Origin: Octopus sinensis
Lineage: Eukaryota
NCBI RefSeq assembly: GCF_006345805.1
Contig: NC_043007.1
Coordinates: 71,858,001-71,922,000, forward strand
Length of the DNA: 64,000 bases
Reading direction: 5' to 3'
Part shown: positions 63,030-64,000 of the stretch, in pieces
Numbering within the stretch: the first letter of the stretch is position 1
Layout: each line of letters begins with the position of its first letter
Position numbers and translations under genes: made by a program
The notes under the pieces: model-generated
Database searches by the model: none
Told to the model about the DNA's origin: nothing
What the model saw: only the letters and a program-made list of their open reading frames with translations

Positions 63030-63293
63030 GGTCTGGTGGTACGCAAAAAGCACTATCCAACCGTGGCCGTTGCCAGCCTCGCCTGGCACCTGTGCAGGTG
63101 GCACGTAAAAAGCACCCACTACACTCAGGGAGTGGTTGGCATTAGGAAGGGCATCCAGCTGTGGAAACATTGCCAGATAAGACTGGAGCCTGGTGCAGCC
63201 TTCTGGCTTCCCAGATCCCCGGTCGAACCATCCAACACATGCTAGCATGGAGAACGGACGTTAAACGATGATGATGATGATGATGATGATGAT
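63030..63293 (+). mobile_element. Repeat family D
   Basis: GTGGTTGGCATTAGGAAGGGCATCCAGCTG core and (GAT)n tail. Confidence 0.85.
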
Positions 63294-63499
63294 TCATTAG
63301 CATTCATTTTTCTCATGTCTCCATTGGTGTTGTCTTTTACCTCTTTTTGTTATGTCTTCTCACTGTTGCTCTATATTTGTACATCCTTTCTTACGCAGCT
63401 TGCAACTGTTTCTTGTGAATCCAGAGTTTAGGCTAAATTAACCCTTGCAAACAAATATTAATTTTTTAAGCGAGCAGACAATAAATAATTGCACTTATG

Positions 63500-64000
63500 C
63501 ACAAGCTTTAAGCAATAGTTGTGTAGCGGACTCTCTCTCTCTGTTATATATACATGAAAACGGATGTAGTAGATTACAGCTAGCCTTCGGCTGCTCTTTT
63601 GGACCCTGTTGTGTCCATTACTCTGATTGGTTGGTATTAGTGCAATTTGTCTCTTGCTCTGTTACGTGCCAATGTGCAACCCAACCAATCGCAGCCTTTT
63701 GATAAGGTCATGCGAGACAGTTGTTTCCAAACATTCCAGTGAGCCGATAGTTCTCTATGAAAAACTAGCTTCAACACCAAGTCGAGGTCAGTTGGTTCAG
63801 ACCCTTTTAGGTCTAGCCGCTGACCACACAGGACACAGCCAGTTCCAGCGACAACACCAGCAGCCACATTGGAGACTCAACATTCGTCCAACAGCATACA
63901 GCAATCTCCATTTTCTTCGCCTTCATCTTAACGTCATCAACATCTCTTTAAGTACACAGCAACCAACAACTTGTCAGGTCCTACTCCTCACTGTTTGTGA
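63500..64000 (+). promoter_or_regulatory. Probable promoter / 5' end of a neighbouring transcription unit
   Basis: Repeat-free and GC/CpG-enriched. Inverted pair GATTGGTTGG (about 63626) and CCAACCAATC (about 63681), plus GCCAAT at about 63668. Confidence 0.5.

Overview
AT-rich, repeat-dense metazoan genomic DNA. The SINE families and the heavy (TA)n/(TACA)n load point to an octopus genome (inference). One host gene is recognisable: ZFYVE1/DFCP1 on the minus strand. I traced 10 coding exons (28470 to 1684) with GT-AG boundaries and compatible phases, giving 822 codons. The exon(s) for the second FYVE domain lie beyond the left edge. The rest is mostly transposon debris: several tRNA-derived SINE families, Tc1, mariner, pogo-, piggyBac- and hAT-type remnants and MITEs, RTE, CR1-like and R4/Dong-like LINEs, and two Penelope-like elements (PLEs) with GIY-YIG endonuclease domains. 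A probable promoter sits at the right edge. The most notable hidden signal is a set of hammerhead ribozyme (HHR) folds in at least six different repeat contexts. These include a near-intact type I HHR (38086-38136) and a tRNA-promoter + HHR element bracketed by 49-bp inverted repeats (47144-47455). There is also a repeat family whose copies share a non-canonical CUGUNGA core, and an HHR-bearing fold-back (59422-59668). All folds were found by eye; no activity is demonstrated.
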